A stretch of 64,000 nt of DNA from Candidatus Parcubacteria bacterium. GTDB taxonomy: Bacteria > Patescibacteriota > Saccharimonadia > UBA4664 > JBIOIQ01. The notes beneath the pieces were generated by a model. The model did no database searches. It was given only the letters and a program-made list of their open reading frames with translations, and was not told where the DNA came from. Shown here in pieces: positions 37,245 to 47,412 of the stretch; positions within the stretch are counted from its first letter, which is position 1, and every line of letters begins with the position of its first letter. Made by a program: the position numbers and the translations under genes. The stretch lies in the NCBI GenBank assembly GCA_963718875.1, contig OY970378.1, positions 196,396 through 260,395 on the forward strand, read 5' to 3'.

Positions 37245-39017
37245 ATGTTATCGGTTGAGACGCAAGCTCAGGTAGAGCAACTATTGCTAAAAGAAAAACT
37301 GATTTCCGAAGCTGATTTAAGTAAGCTTAAGGCTGAGGCGGCTGAAAAAAATACTTCACTTTTAGCGTTAGTTGAAGAAAAGCACCAAGTTAGTGATGAA
37401 GATTTGACCAGGATTCAAGCTCAAGTAATTGGCTTGCCTTATGTAAATTTATCAAACCTGCCCGTCAAGCCTGAAATTTTAGCCCTTCTACCCAAAAGCG
37501 TTGCAAGCAATTACCGGGCTGTACCTTTTGGAATTATACAAGGGAAGCTTGCAGTAGCTATGCTTGACCCTGGAAATCTTCAGGCTGTTGATTTTTTATC
37601 ACGTAAAACTAATCAAAGTGTAGTTGTATTTTCTGCATCGCCTGCGGGTATAGACCGGATCCTTGCGCAATATCCTTCTGAAGTGTCGTCGGATGTTAGT
37701 GAAGCGATTAAGAGCGCAAACGAGTCCGAGCTGGCCGATAAGCCAAAAGCTGGTTCGGAAAAATTAAAAAATTTGGTTCAAGATGCGCCCATCACTCGAG
37801 CACTGACGGCTATTATGGATTATGCCGCTCAACTAAAGGCATCTGACATCCATATTGAGCCCAGACAAAATGATCTTAAAATTCGCTATAGGGTGGATGG
37901 GATCTTGCAGGAGTCTATGACGTTGCCAAAATCGATTGAGCCGGCATTGGTCTCGCGTATTAAAATTTTGTCTAACCTTAAGATTGATGAACATCGGGTG
38001 CCACAGGATGGCCAGTTTCAGTTTACTTCGGGAGGTAAGGAAATTGATTTGCGTGTTACAATTGCCCCGATTGTCTGGGGGGAGCAGATAGTAATACGAC
38101 TTCTAGATAAAAGTGACAACATTTTAACTCTGGATAGTTTGGGCTTTCGTGGTTCTGGTTTGCGGCTAATAAATGAAGGGATTCATCGTCCTCATGGAAT
38201 GATACTTTCTACAGGGCCAACTGGATCTGGTAAAAGTACGACTTTGTATGCAATTATCCAGGCAATAAAAGATACGTCTATAAATATTGTTACGCTTGAG
38301 GATCCAGTGGAATATAAGATGGACGGCGTTAACCAAATGCAGGTTAACGCTGAAGTTGGGTTAACTTTTGCCTCAGGCTTACGATCAATTTTGCGCCAAG
38401 ATCCAAACGTCATTATGGTTGGGGAGATTCGTGATAAAGAAACGTCAGAGCTGGCAGTACAGTCGGCATTGACGGGGCATATTGTTCTTTCCACGGTGCA
38501 CACAAACTCCGCTGCCGGTGTTCTACCTAGACTGCTTGATATGGGCATAGAGCCGTTTTTGATTGCGTCGACCATAAATACTGTTGTAGGGCAGAGGCTT
38601 GTGCGGCAATTGTGTCCCAAATGTAAATCTCAAATCCCAGCTTCGGCTGTTGAAATTACTTCCATAAATGATTGTTTAGGAGAGGTTTTGCCAAAGGACC
38701 AAACCGAGGCAGCCAAAACTGCGGAAAATTTAGGTTATACTAACTTGCCGATAGTGAACAAAACCGAGTATACTCTCTATAAAGCTAATGGTTGTGGAGA
38801 ATGCCATAATGGGTATAAAGGACGTTTGGGAATTTGCGAGGTATTTAGCATGACTCCAGCTATGGAAAAGTTGCTGACAACTCATGCTGCAACCGACGAA
38901 GTTCAATCGCAAGCCCAGCGAGACGGTATGCTTACCATGAAGCAGGATGGATATTTAAAAGCCTTGACTGGGGTTACGACCTTGGCTGAGGTTGCACGTG
39001 TGGCGGCAGACTTTTAA
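37245..39017 (+). CDS. pilB: type IV pilus extension ATPase PilB/GspE
   Basis: ASDIHIEP, GPTGSGKSTTLY, LRQDPN, CxxC pairs. Confidence 0.95.
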   Translation: MLSVETQAQVEQLLLKEKLISEADLSKLKAEAAEKNTSLLALVEEKHQVSDEDLTRIQAQVIGLPYVNLSNLPVKPEILALLPKSVASNYRAVPFGIIQGKLAVAMLDPGNLQAVDFLSRKTNQSVVVFSASPAGIDRILAQYPSEVSSDVSEAIKSANESELADKPKAGSEKLKNLVQDAPITRALTAIMDYAAQLKASDIHIEPRQNDLKIRYRVDGILQESMTLPKSIEPALVSRIKILSNLKIDEHRVPQDGQFQFTSGGKEIDLRVTIAPIVWGEQIVIRLLDKSDNILTLDSLGFRGSGLRLINEGIHRPHGMILSTGPTGSGKSTTLYAIIQAIKDTSINIVTLEDPVEYKMDGVNQMQVNAEVGLTFASGLRSILRQDPNVIMVGEIRDKETSELAVQSALTGHIVLSTVHTNSAAGVLPRLLDMGIEPFLIASTINTVVGQRLVRQLCPKCKSQIPASAVEITSINDCLGEVLPKDQTEAAKTAENLGYTNLPIVNKTEYTLYKANGCGECHNGYKGRLGICEVFSMTPAMEKLLTTHAATDEVQSQAQRDGMLTMKQDGYLKALTGVTTLAEVARVAADF

Positions 39018-39021
39018 ACGA

Positions 39022-39132
39022 GAATTATGAATTATGAATTATGAATTAAGTATAGAAGCCAGTTTGAGTAAGACAGGAGCGATGGTTGAACTTTTTGTGT
39101 CACATTATTCTTTATTCTTTATTCAAGATTCG
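39022..39132. repeat. heptamer-periodic inverted repeat
   Basis: (gaattat)x3 gaattaa ... cattatt/ctttatt/ctttatt/caagattcg. Confidence 0.75.
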
Positions 39133-39146
39133 CTAGGGTTATAGAG

Positions 39147-40217
39147 ATGGAAAAAGTAGCCCCCAAAATCGAACTTTTACTTGAGCAAGTTATAAAGCGT
39201 GATGCATCTGATCTTCACTTGCAGGTTGGTGTGCCGCCGATGATTAGGGTCGATGGGGCGTTAAAACCGGTAGATGATGGCTCGGTACTGGAAGAGGCTG
39301 ACGTTGAGCAGTTGGTGATGTCAATTGTGGATGAAAACCAAAAAGATGTTTTGATTAAAGACAAAGAAGTAGATTTTTCTTTTAGCTTTGGTGATTACGG
39401 CAGATTTCGAGTAAATGCCTTCCACGAGAAAGGAACTTTGGCAGCGGCTTTACGGTTAATCCCGACTAAAATTCGTTCTCTTGATGAACTAAAAATGCCA
39501 AAAGTTTTGAGTAGTTTTTGTGATTATCCTAGAGGGCTCGTATTGGTTACCGGGCCTACAGGTTCGGGTAAAAGTACCACGCTTGCCGGTATGGTGGATC
39601 GAATTAATCGCGAAAAAGCGATGCACATTATCACCATTGAGGACCCCATAGAATACCAACATCATTCCCAAAAATCGATTGTGGTTCAACGGGAAATTCA
39701 TTATGATACCCATTCTTTTGGCGCGGCCTTGCGCTCATGTTTACGTGAAGATCCTGACGTAGTGTTGATTGGTGAAATGAGAGATCTTGAAACAATTTCG
39801 GCAGCCATTACCATAGCCGAAACAGGGCATTTGGTATTAGCTACGCTTCACACCAATTCGGCTGCTCAATCAATTGATCGTATGATTGATGTTTTTCCGC
39901 CTTACCAACAACAACAAATTAGAGTTCAAGTGGCTGGTATGTTGCAGGGTATTTGTTCGCAACGTTTGATCCCAACCATTGGTGGAGGGCGGGTAGCGGC
40001 GGCGGAAATCCTAGTGGCAACCCCGGCCGTACGGAATATTATTCGAGAGGGTAAAACTCATCAGCTCGATGCAGTCATTCAAACGGGTGCCGATTATGGA
40101 ATGCAGTCTATGGATAAGACACTGGTACAATTGATCGAAAACGGACGCATTACTTTTGAAGAAGCCAAGAATTATGCGATTGATGTAGATGAGCTAGAAA
40201 GGCTGATGCGAGGGTAG
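39147..40217 (+). CDS. pilT: type IV pilus retraction ATPase
   Basis: GPTGSGKSTT, LREDPDV, AVRNIIRE motif. Confidence 0.96.
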   Translation: MEKVAPKIELLLEQVIKRDASDLHLQVGVPPMIRVDGALKPVDDGSVLEEADVEQLVMSIVDENQKDVLIKDKEVDFSFSFGDYGRFRVNAFHEKGTLAAALRLIPTKIRSLDELKMPKVLSSFCDYPRGLVLVTGPTGSGKSTTLAGMVDRINREKAMHIITIEDPIEYQHHSQKSIVVQREIHYDTHSFGAALRSCLREDPDVVLIGEMRDLETISAAITIAETGHLVLATLHTNSAAQSIDRMIDVFPPYQQQQIRVQVAGMLQGICSQRLIPTIGGGRVAAAEILVATPAVRNIIREGKTHQLDAVIQTGADYGMQSMDKTLVQLIENGRITFEEAKNYAIDVDELERLMRG

Positions 40218-40218
40218 A

Positions 40219-41442
40219 ATGATTATATATAACTATACTGCTAAACACACGATCACAGGCGAGACTGTTAAGGCGCAGGTGCGAGCTGAAAGCCCGCAGG
40301 CAGCAGCTAAGTTACTGACAGCACAACAGCTTTTCCCAATTTCCATTGAAAATGAAGCTGCTAATCGCTGGGAAAATCTTCATTTTGGCAGTGGTGTAAG
40401 CTCAAAAGAAAAAGTTATTTTTACCAGACAGCTTTCAACTTTGATTAATGCGGGTTTGCCGTTGGTTCAAGCCTTGCATACCGTACAAGAGCAAATTCGC
40501 AACAAAATACTAGTAAGTATTTTAGAAAGTATAATTTCTGAAGTGGAGGGTGGTAGCACTTTGGCAAGTGCATTTGGAGCCTATCCAAATATATTTAATC
40601 AAGTATATGTTAACCTGGTGGCGGCAGGGGAGTCATCCGGAACGCTTGATGAAACTTTAGAACGGTTGGCTAATCAACAAGAAAAAGACGCTCAAATAGT
40701 ACGCAAAATTCGCGGGGCATTGATTTATCCGATAATTGTCTTATTTGTGATCGTAGCTGTGGTTATATTTATGCTTTTAACAGTTTTGCCTCAGATAGGC
40801 CAGCTATATCATGATCTTGGTAAAACTTTGCCAACTTTGACCTTGGTTTTGTTAACTATTTCAAACTTTTTTGCTCATTTTTGGTGGTTTACCATTATCT
40901 TGCTAGGGCTGTTTGGTTACGGCGTAGCTAATTATATGAAAACCGAAAAAGGCAAGACCATGGCGGACCGAGCCAAGCTTAATTTGCCCTTGATAGGAAG
41001 GATGTTTAAAAAAGTTTATATGGCCCGTTTTGCTAGAACGCTTGGTACTTTACTGGCAACGGGGGTGCCTGTGTTGCAGGCGCTGGGCGTTGTGAAAGAA
41101 GCTGTCAGTAACGGCATTGTGGGAAACGTTATTACAAAATCGATTGAGCAAGTTAAGGGCGGGAAATCTTTATCCGAAACGCTTGAAAATAATAATGTTT
41201 TCTTGCCTCTGGTCCCGCAGATGATAAAAATCGGCGAGCAATCAGGTTCGATTGACGCAATGTTGAATAAAGTAGCTGTCTTTTATGAAAATGAAGTTGA
41301 TGAAGAAATTAAAAACCTAACTACCACTATGGAACCGGCCTTAACTGTTGTGATGGGTGTGGTCGTAGGGCTCGTAATAGCGGCTATATTATTGCCGGTT
41401 TACAGTTTGGTGGGTGGGGGCGGAATATCAAATTTGAAATAG
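40219..41442 (+). CDS. pilC: type IV pilus platform protein PilC/GspF
   Basis: FTRQLSTLINAGLP, GESSGTL, GEQSG. Confidence 0.95.
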   Translation: MIIYNYTAKHTITGETVKAQVRAESPQAAAKLLTAQQLFPISIENEAANRWENLHFGSGVSSKEKVIFTRQLSTLINAGLPLVQALHTVQEQIRNKILVSILESIISEVEGGSTLASAFGAYPNIFNQVYVNLVAAGESSGTLDETLERLANQQEKDAQIVRKIRGALIYPIIVLFVIVAVVIFMLLTVLPQIGQLYHDLGKTLPTLTLVLLTISNFFAHFWWFTIILLGLFGYGVANYMKTEKGKTMADRAKLNLPLIGRMFKKVYMARFARTLGTLLATGVPVLQALGVVKEAVSNGIVGNVITKSIEQVKGGKSLSETLENNNVFLPLVPQMIKIGEQSGSIDAMLNKVAVFYENEVDEEIKNLTTTMEPALTVVMGVVVGLVIAAILLPVYSLVGGGGISNLK

Positions 41443-41511
41443 CGAGTTGACAAATTAAAGGCATGAGCGTAATAATAAGCTTAAGCGATATAAATAAAGG
41501 TGAGCACTGAT

Positions 41512-41928
41512 ATGTTAAAAAAATTTAATAAAAAAGACCAAGGGTTTACACTAATCGAAATTATTTTGGTGTTGGCTATTGCAGGGTTAATTTTGCTCTT
41601 GGTGTTTGTGGCCTTATCGGGTGCACAGAAAACGCGTAGGGACACAGCGCGAAAAAACGATGCGACTCGAATGCTTGCTAGCATTGAGTCTTGTGCGAGT
41701 AATAACAACGGAGCTTATGGTAGTTGTTTGACTGATCCGCAAATAATTAGCGCTGGCTATTTTAGTGGAAATGCTCCATCCGGCACCGCTTACACTATCG
41801 GAGCCGCTGCTGGTTTATCTGTCTTTGAGGTTGCTACCGGTCCTTGCACTGGTGGTCCTGCCTCAGCGGCTGTAAAGGTTACGATTCTTCTAGAGGCTGG
41901 TCCAGCATTCTGTAAAGATAATGGCTAG
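41512..41928 (+). CDS. major type IV pilin
   Basis: QGFTLIEIILVLAI prepilin motif; followed by a strong terminator. Confidence 0.9.
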   Translation: MLKKFNKKDQGFTLIEIILVLAIAGLILLLVFVALSGAQKTRRDTARKNDATRMLASIESCASNNNGAYGSCLTDPQIISAGYFSGNAPSGTAYTIGAAAGLSVFEVATGPCTGGPASAAVKVTILLEAGPAFCKDNG

Positions 41929-41939
41929 AATTTACCCCA

Positions 41940-41983
41940 GCTAACTTAAAAAGACCCCCAAAACGGGGTCTTTTTAAGTTAGC
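41940..41983 (+). terminator. 19-bp bidirectional intrinsic terminator
   Basis: gctaacttaaaaagacccc / ggggtctttttaagttagc. Confidence 0.85.
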
Positions 41984-42001
41984 GTCTGCTATAATGCGCT
42001 C

Positions 42002-42829
42002 ATGCTTAACTTAATTTTTATTTCTGGTTTAGGGTTGGTTATAGGCAGTTTTGTAAATGCAGTAGTTTGGCGACTTCATGAGCGAACGACAACCAATAAT
42101 AAGACTAAAATTGACGCAGATGACTTAAGCATAACTCGTGGCCGCTCCATGTGCCCCCAGTGTAGACACCGATTGTTTGCCTTGGATTTAATACCAATTT
42201 TAGGCTGGCTGATCCTTAAGGGCCGCTGCCGCTACTGCCAAAAGCCGATTTCAGTGCGGTATCCGATCGTCGAACTATTAACTGCTAGTCTTTTCGGACT
42301 GTCTTATATTGTTCTACAACCTGTTTCTTTATTGGCATGGACTGAGTTCGGATTTTGGCTGTATTTTTTGACTGTACTAATAATGTTGGCACTTTATGAT
42401 TTGTACTGGTATATATTGCCGGACGTAATATTGTTGCCTGCGATTGTGGTAGGGTTTATATATGCTGTGGTTCAAGGGGTCGCTAGCGGTTCTGTTGGGG
42501 TGACGTTGGGTCTATTATTGCCAGCATTAGCGGCCGGTGGAAGCTTTTATACACTAGCGGCTGTTTCAAAAGGCAGGTGGATGGGTGGCGGGGATATAAA
42601 GCTAGTATTCTTTATGGGGTTAATATTGGGTTGGTCAAAGGTTGGATTAGCGCTAATGCTAGCATTTAATGCAGGGGCTATAATAGGCGTGATTCTAATA
42701 GCATTAAAAATTAAGCACAGAAAAGACCATATACCTTTTGGGCCGTTTTTGGTGGGAGGAACCATAGTAGCAGTACTGTATGGCAATGCGGTGATTGAAT
42801 GGTATTTGCGGCTGATGGGATACGCTTGA
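42002..42829 (+). CDS. pilD: prepilin peptidase/N-methyltransferase
   Basis: GSFVNAVVWRL, RSMCPQC, GRCRYC, MGGGDIKL, IPFGPFL. Confidence 0.96.
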   Translation: MLNLIFISGLGLVIGSFVNAVVWRLHERTTTNNKTKIDADDLSITRGRSMCPQCRHRLFALDLIPILGWLILKGRCRYCQKPISVRYPIVELLTASLFGLSYIVLQPVSLLAWTEFGFWLYFLTVLIMLALYDLYWYILPDVILLPAIVVGFIYAVVQGVASGSVGVTLGLLLPALAAGGSFYTLAAVSKGRWMGGGDIKLVFFMGLILGWSKVGLALMLAFNAGAIIGVILIALKIKHRKDHIPFGPFLVGGTIVAVLYGNAVIEWYLRLMGYA

Positions 42830-42893
42830 TTAATGTGATTAACTTTTTGAGGTTAACAGCTAGGTAAAAAACAGTGTTATAATCAAACTTGTT

Positions 42894-43508
42894 ATGCTAA
42901 AACGTAGTTCACAAGGATTCACCGTTGTCGAAACGATTCTGGTACTTTCGATTTCTTCTTTATTGCTCAGTATGGCTATAGCTGGGCAAAGCCAATTAAG
43001 AGTTCGTGCGCAGTTTACCGACAGCATAGAAAAAGCCAAGATAACTTTGGCTAGAGCCAAAAACGAAGCGCTTTCAACGCATCTAAAAGGAAGCGGGAAT
43101 GACTTGGGACGCATTTTTTTTGCTAAAAGAGTTATTTTTACCCCTGGCAGTAACGTTATTGATATTGATACATTAGTTATTTCGCCGACTAATGTAATTA
43201 GCGTGGCGCCTTCTAGTGCCGAGCAAATCCCACTACCTTGGGGTGTACATTACGTAACAAGTGCATCTGCTGGGGCGTCGACAGGAAAAGAAATTTTGTT
43301 TATTAGGTGGCCAAAAACTGGAACGTTATATACCTTTACTCCCGGCCTAAGCAGTCCATTTAATGATTTAGCTTTTAGCTCGTACGACCCTCTGCCTGCT
43401 AACCCAGACCGTGCATCCCAGGATTTCCAGCTAATTGATTCTTTGGGTCATGAAGCTACAATTAGTGTTGAAGGAAAAACAGATAGTGTTTCGAGGGTGT
43501 TTCATTGA
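42894..43508 (+). CDS. minor pilin (FimT/FimU-like)
   Basis: QGFTVVETILVL. Confidence 0.8.
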   Translation: MLKRSSQGFTVVETILVLSISSLLLSMAIAGQSQLRVRAQFTDSIEKAKITLARAKNEALSTHLKGSGNDLGRIFFAKRVIFTPGSNVIDIDTLVISPTNVISVAPSSAEQIPLPWGVHYVTSASAGASTGKEILFIRWPKTGTLYTFTPGLSSPFNDLAFSSYDPLPANPDRASQDFQLIDSLGHEATISVEGKTDSVSRVFH

Positions 43509-44755
43509 TGAAAATTTTTAACATCAAGACTAAGACGTTGAATCAGCGTGGCGATATGCTGGTTGAGGTCACGATGGCGTTGGCGGTGCTGGCTGCGGTT
43601 CTACTGACGGCATTGAATGTTGCGAACAAAGCCTTTGGTGTTAGCAATAGTGCTAAGGAACGTAGTGTTGCATCGGGTTTATTGCAAGAGCAGGCCGAGC
43701 GTTTGCGAAACTATCGTGACTCTCATGTATGGGGAGGTGCGACTGGGACATATGCGACTATTCAAGGTGTGGGATTTAGTCCTACAAAATTTCATATGGA
43801 TCCAGCAGCGCCTGGAGCAAACTGCCTGACATCAGGTATTTATAACGTTTGCGTTGTGGCTACGGATAAATCTACGCCTGCTCCAGCCAAGAATAAACTC
43901 TTATTTGATATTACGGTTAATTGGTCCGGTGTTGGTGGGGGTCAAAACAGATCAATGCTTTCAACAGTCTTAGTTGACTTAGATGGGCTGGCACCGTTGT
44001 TGCCTCTAGCTGTAACTCCAGGACCCGGCCCGGTGCCTCCTGGTGTTCCAGCTGTGACCTTGGCGGTAAGTCAAAGCAATGTTGCGCCAAATACGTCCAT
44101 AACTCTTACGTGGACAACGGCTAACGTTACCACTTGTTCGGCTACGGCTGGGCCATGGACAGGATCAAAAAATGCCAATGGCGCCAGCGAGGTTAGACCG
44201 GCGAGTGATACTGCTACGCCTGGAACGGTAACATATACAATCAGTTGTAATAACGGCGGTGCGCCGGTGACAGATAGTGAAACTGTGACAGTAACAGCGC
44301 TGCCACCACCTCCGCCTACGGGAATTCGACTTGAGGCGGAAAATATGACACCCGGTAGTACCTGTGTACCTTATAAGGTGACGAATGGTGCGGCCGGTCC
44401 TACTCCAACCAATAATGCTGGGAGACTTGATTGTTACTTAGATTCGGCTTCAATTAGTAATTTCAACATCGGACCATCTTGGAGTAAATTGATTGTGCGT
44501 GCCCGCATAGGCAGCTCAAATAGTTGTGGCGGCCCACCTATCTTGAGTATAACTATCGGACTAGGTGCTTATAATGTTTCAGTCACGACATCCTCTATGA
44601 GCAATACCGTATATCCTCCTTTTCCAATGGGATCGTTCCCGGGAGGAGTTGCAAATATAACCATTTCTGCCAGCAACGCCGGTAGCAGCGACTTCTATCA
44701 TGGCGCGGGCGATAACTGTGAAATAGTCGTGGATTACCTAGAGTTTCAGATATGA
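43505..44755 (+). CDS. minor pilin (PilV-like) with C-terminal Ig and carbohydrate-binding-like domains
   Basis: RGDMLVEVTMAL; ITLTWTTANVTTCSA; IRLEAEN. Confidence 0.75.
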   Translation: MMKIFNIKTKTLNQRGDMLVEVTMALAVLAAVLLTALNVANKAFGVSNSAKERSVASGLLQEQAERLRNYRDSHVWGGATGTYATIQGVGFSPTKFHMDPAAPGANCLTSGIYNVCVVATDKSTPAPAKNKLLFDITVNWSGVGGGQNRSMLSTVLVDLDGLAPLLPLAVTPGPGPVPPGVPAVTLAVSQSNVAPNTSITLTWTTANVTTCSATAGPWTGSKNANGASEVRPASDTATPGTVTYTISCNNGGAPVTDSETVTVTALPPPPPTGIRLEAENMTPGSTCVPYKVTNGAAGPTPTNNAGRLDCYLDSASISNFNIGPSWSKLIVRARIGSSNSCGGPPILSITIGLGAYNVSVTTSSMSNTVYPPFPMGSFPGGVANITISASNAGSSDFYHGAGDNCEIVVDYLEFQI

Positions 44756-45372
44756 TCAATACCAAACGGCATCTAGCCCCTCAAAAAGGCGTTACACTTG
44801 TAGAACTGATGATATCAATGACGGTTTTTAGTATGATGCTTCTAATTATTGTTAAAGGTATTTTGGGGGTGGTTAAGGTGCAGCAAAGCGGAGTAGTATC
44901 TAGGAATACCCAGCAAAATACCCGAACCGCACTAGAAGAAATCGTTCGGGAAGCCCGATCTGCCTCAGATGCGCGAGTTTTGCAAGCTGCCCCCTTGCAA
45001 AAGGTTTGCTTAGTTACTGCCGGAGGGTTAGTAGAATATTATGTTAATACAATAGATAATCGCTTATATCGGGCCACTGTAGACTATAATAGCGGCTTTA
45101 ATCCTGCTGCTGGTGTTAATACTTGTGTAGCATCACCAACATTTACTAGTAACACGGCAATAACCTCGAGTGATGTAGCGGTGATAGGTTTTACCGCAGG
45201 GGTTACGCCTCCGCCGGCAACGTCGGGTTCTCCGATTTCGCCGCCCAATTTAAACTTAAGTTTGAGTATTTCTACTAATCCACCCACGGCTACTTGCGCG
45301 CCGGGGCCGGGTGCACAATTTTGTTCTATAACATCACTTTCAAGCACGGTTAGTTTAAGAGGGACACCATAA
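44752..45372 (+). CDS. minor pilin (PilW-like)
   Basis: KGVTLVELMISM. Confidence 0.8.
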   Translation: MINTKRHLAPQKGVTLVELMISMTVFSMMLLIIVKGILGVVKVQQSGVVSRNTQQNTRTALEEIVREARSASDARVLQAAPLQKVCLVTAGGLVEYYVNTIDNRLYRATVDYNSGFNPAAGVNTCVASPTFTSNTAITSSDVAVIGFTAGVTPPPATSGSPISPPNLNLSLSISTNPPTATCAPGPGAQFCSITSLSSTVSLRGTP

Positions 45373-45373
45373 A

Positions 45374-46387
45374 ATGAAGATACAAGATACAAGATACAAG
45401 ATACAAAGTCAGGCAGGGGTGGTTTCGCTTTTAACCACAGTTATCCTAAGTCTGCTTTTATCGGTTATTGTGACCAGTGCTGTTACTTTGTCGGTAGGAG
45501 AGTTGCGCCAATCGGAAAATGGAGATCAGGCTGTGAAGGCTTATTTTGCGGCCGAAGCGGGGGTAGAGGACGCTTTGCTAGCGGTAAAGGCGGATTTGGC
45601 AAGCCCCCCACATACAGTGGTGCCTAAAAATAGCTGCGGTAGCCCAACGCAGGTGAGTCCTACTAACCCCAATGTAGAATATACCTGTCAAACAATCAGG
45701 ACTACTGTAAACGAGATGACTGGGTTATTGGGTGTGGATCAAGCTACTCAAACTGGGCCAATAACTGGCTTTACTAACTTAGTCGTGAATTGGCATCAGT
45801 TTGGATCTGATCCGGACGTGGTTGGTTTGCCATACAGCCCGCCGTCAAATTATACGGCTAGGGATTCATGGAATTATCCAGCTGCTATGGAACTGACTTC
45901 TTTGTCCTATAACCCATCTGCCGTTCAGCCTGCGTGCCCCAATGGTTGCCCTGGGGGGATTGGGATTAAGTCCACGGTGGTTAAGCCGGCAGCAGGAACT
46001 GGTACGGGTAGTATAAGTACTAAGAGCCAGGATGGACAGTGCAAGTCCGCAAACGTTACAGCCACCAGCGGTTATAATTGCACAATTAACCTTAGTGGTT
46101 TCAACCCAAGCTTAACTTACATTTTGCGACTAAGACCTCGGTATACGGGAAGCCATTATTCCATGCAGCCCAAAGATTCGGTTGGAGCGCCAGTGGCTGT
46201 TGCTAGTCAAGCAGCTATTATTGACGTAACGGCTAAAGCGGGGAGCGTATTTAGGCGAGTGCAGGTTCAAGTTCCCCTGAATGCTGGTGCGGCTTCTGGC
46301 TTGGACTACGTACTGTTTAGTGATACTGATATTTGCAAAGACTTTAATGTGAGTGGTAATACGGCAGCTGGATTCTGTGCTCCCTAA
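45374..46387 (+). CDS. minor pilin (PilX-like) with (AAGATAC)4 directly after the start codon
   Basis: [10 protein letters not shown] (no E5), [13 protein letters not shown] PilX motif. Confidence 0.8.
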   Translation: MKIQDTRYKIQSQAGVVSLLTTVILSLLLSVIVTSAVTLSVGELRQSENGDQAVKAYFAAEAGVEDALLAVKADLASPPHTVVPKNSCGSPTQVSPTNPNVEYTCQTIRTTVNEMTGLLGVDQATQTGPITGFTNLVVNWHQFGSDPDVVGLPYSPPSNYTARDSWNYPAAMELTSLSYNPSAVQPACPNGCPGGIGIKSTVVKPAAGTGTGSISTKSQDGQCKSANVTATSGYNCTINLSGFNPSLTYILRLRPRYTGSHYSMQPKDSVGAPVAVASQAAIIDVTAKAGSVFRRVQVQVPLNAGAASGLDYVLFSDTDICKDFNVSGNTAAGFCAP

Positions 46388-47299
46388 GTTTTCTTGCGGT
46401 GGAATTCGTCGTGGACTTTTTTGAGCTGAGGGTCAGTGATGTGTGTGTAAATCTGGGTAGTTGATATGTTGGAGTGTCCCAATAATCCTTGAACACTGCG
46501 TAAATCCGCACCGTTAATAAGCAGGTCGGTTGCAAAGCTGTGGCGCAAGGTGTGAGGAGTGACGTCTTTGGTGATGCCAGCTGCTAAGGCATAGCGCTTG
46601 ACCAGGCGCTGTATGCTGCGTGGGGTTAACCTGGTGTAGCGGCTCACCCTCCATTTCGTCTTGGGTGCCTGAGTAATGGATGAATAGGGGCGCAAAGTTG
46701 TCGCTACGGCTGCCTAACATGCGGGCCAGCCATTCGGCTGCCTCCTCGCTAATAAATACTGGTCGATCTTTTTGGCCTTTGCCGCGGACCGTAAACTCCC
46801 GGCGTTCAAGGTTTATGTGGTCGCGGTCAAGATTTGATAATTCTGATACGCGCAATCCACTAGCAAACAGTAGTTCAATAATGGCGCGGTCACGTAGTCC
46901 TATGGGGGTGGTGGCGTTGATGACTTCGAGGAGTCGGGCTACTTCATCGGCTTCCAGAAACCCCACTTGGGGGCGTTTTACCCGGGCAAGCTCAATTCGG
47001 TCGCTGGAAAGGGTTTTGATGCCGCGTTTTGCGGCAAACTTGAGAAAGCTACGCAATGCTATAAGGTGATAGTTTTGAGTGGCTTTAGATAGCTCATTTC
47101 CGTTCTGGTCGGTGAAGCGATTGAGCCACAAGCGCCACTTGCGAATTAGCTCGTCGTCAAGTTTGGCTATGTCTATGTCATCGCTAAATTCTACCAGCCT
47201 GCGGAGGTATAAGTCGTAGTTGGCAATGGTGCGCTGTGACCGGTTCTGTTCGATCTCTAAGTACTCTAGGAAGTCCGTTACCATTTCGCTTATGCTCAT
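46384..47299 (-). CDS. XerC/D tyrosine recombinase, frameshifted near 46642 (probable indel)
   Basis: [26 protein letters not shown]; second frame [11 protein letters not shown]...LGH...TTQIYTH. Confidence 0.9.
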
Positions 47300-47412
47300 A
47301 ATGGTAGTTTATACCACTTGGGCTTGAGAGGCAAAGAGTCGCACATTATTTTAATAACTATTGCGTATGAGACAAGCCGCCTTTGGTAAAGTCACCTGTT
47401 ATAATTATCGCT

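Noticed and set aside
46384-47299. Integron integrase or pilin shufflon recombinase acting on the orphan cassettes or pilins
   Set aside because: It looks like a housekeeping XerC/D; I saw no IntI insertion, the orphan hairpins lack attC-type ends and bulges, and no inverted pilin cassettes are present.
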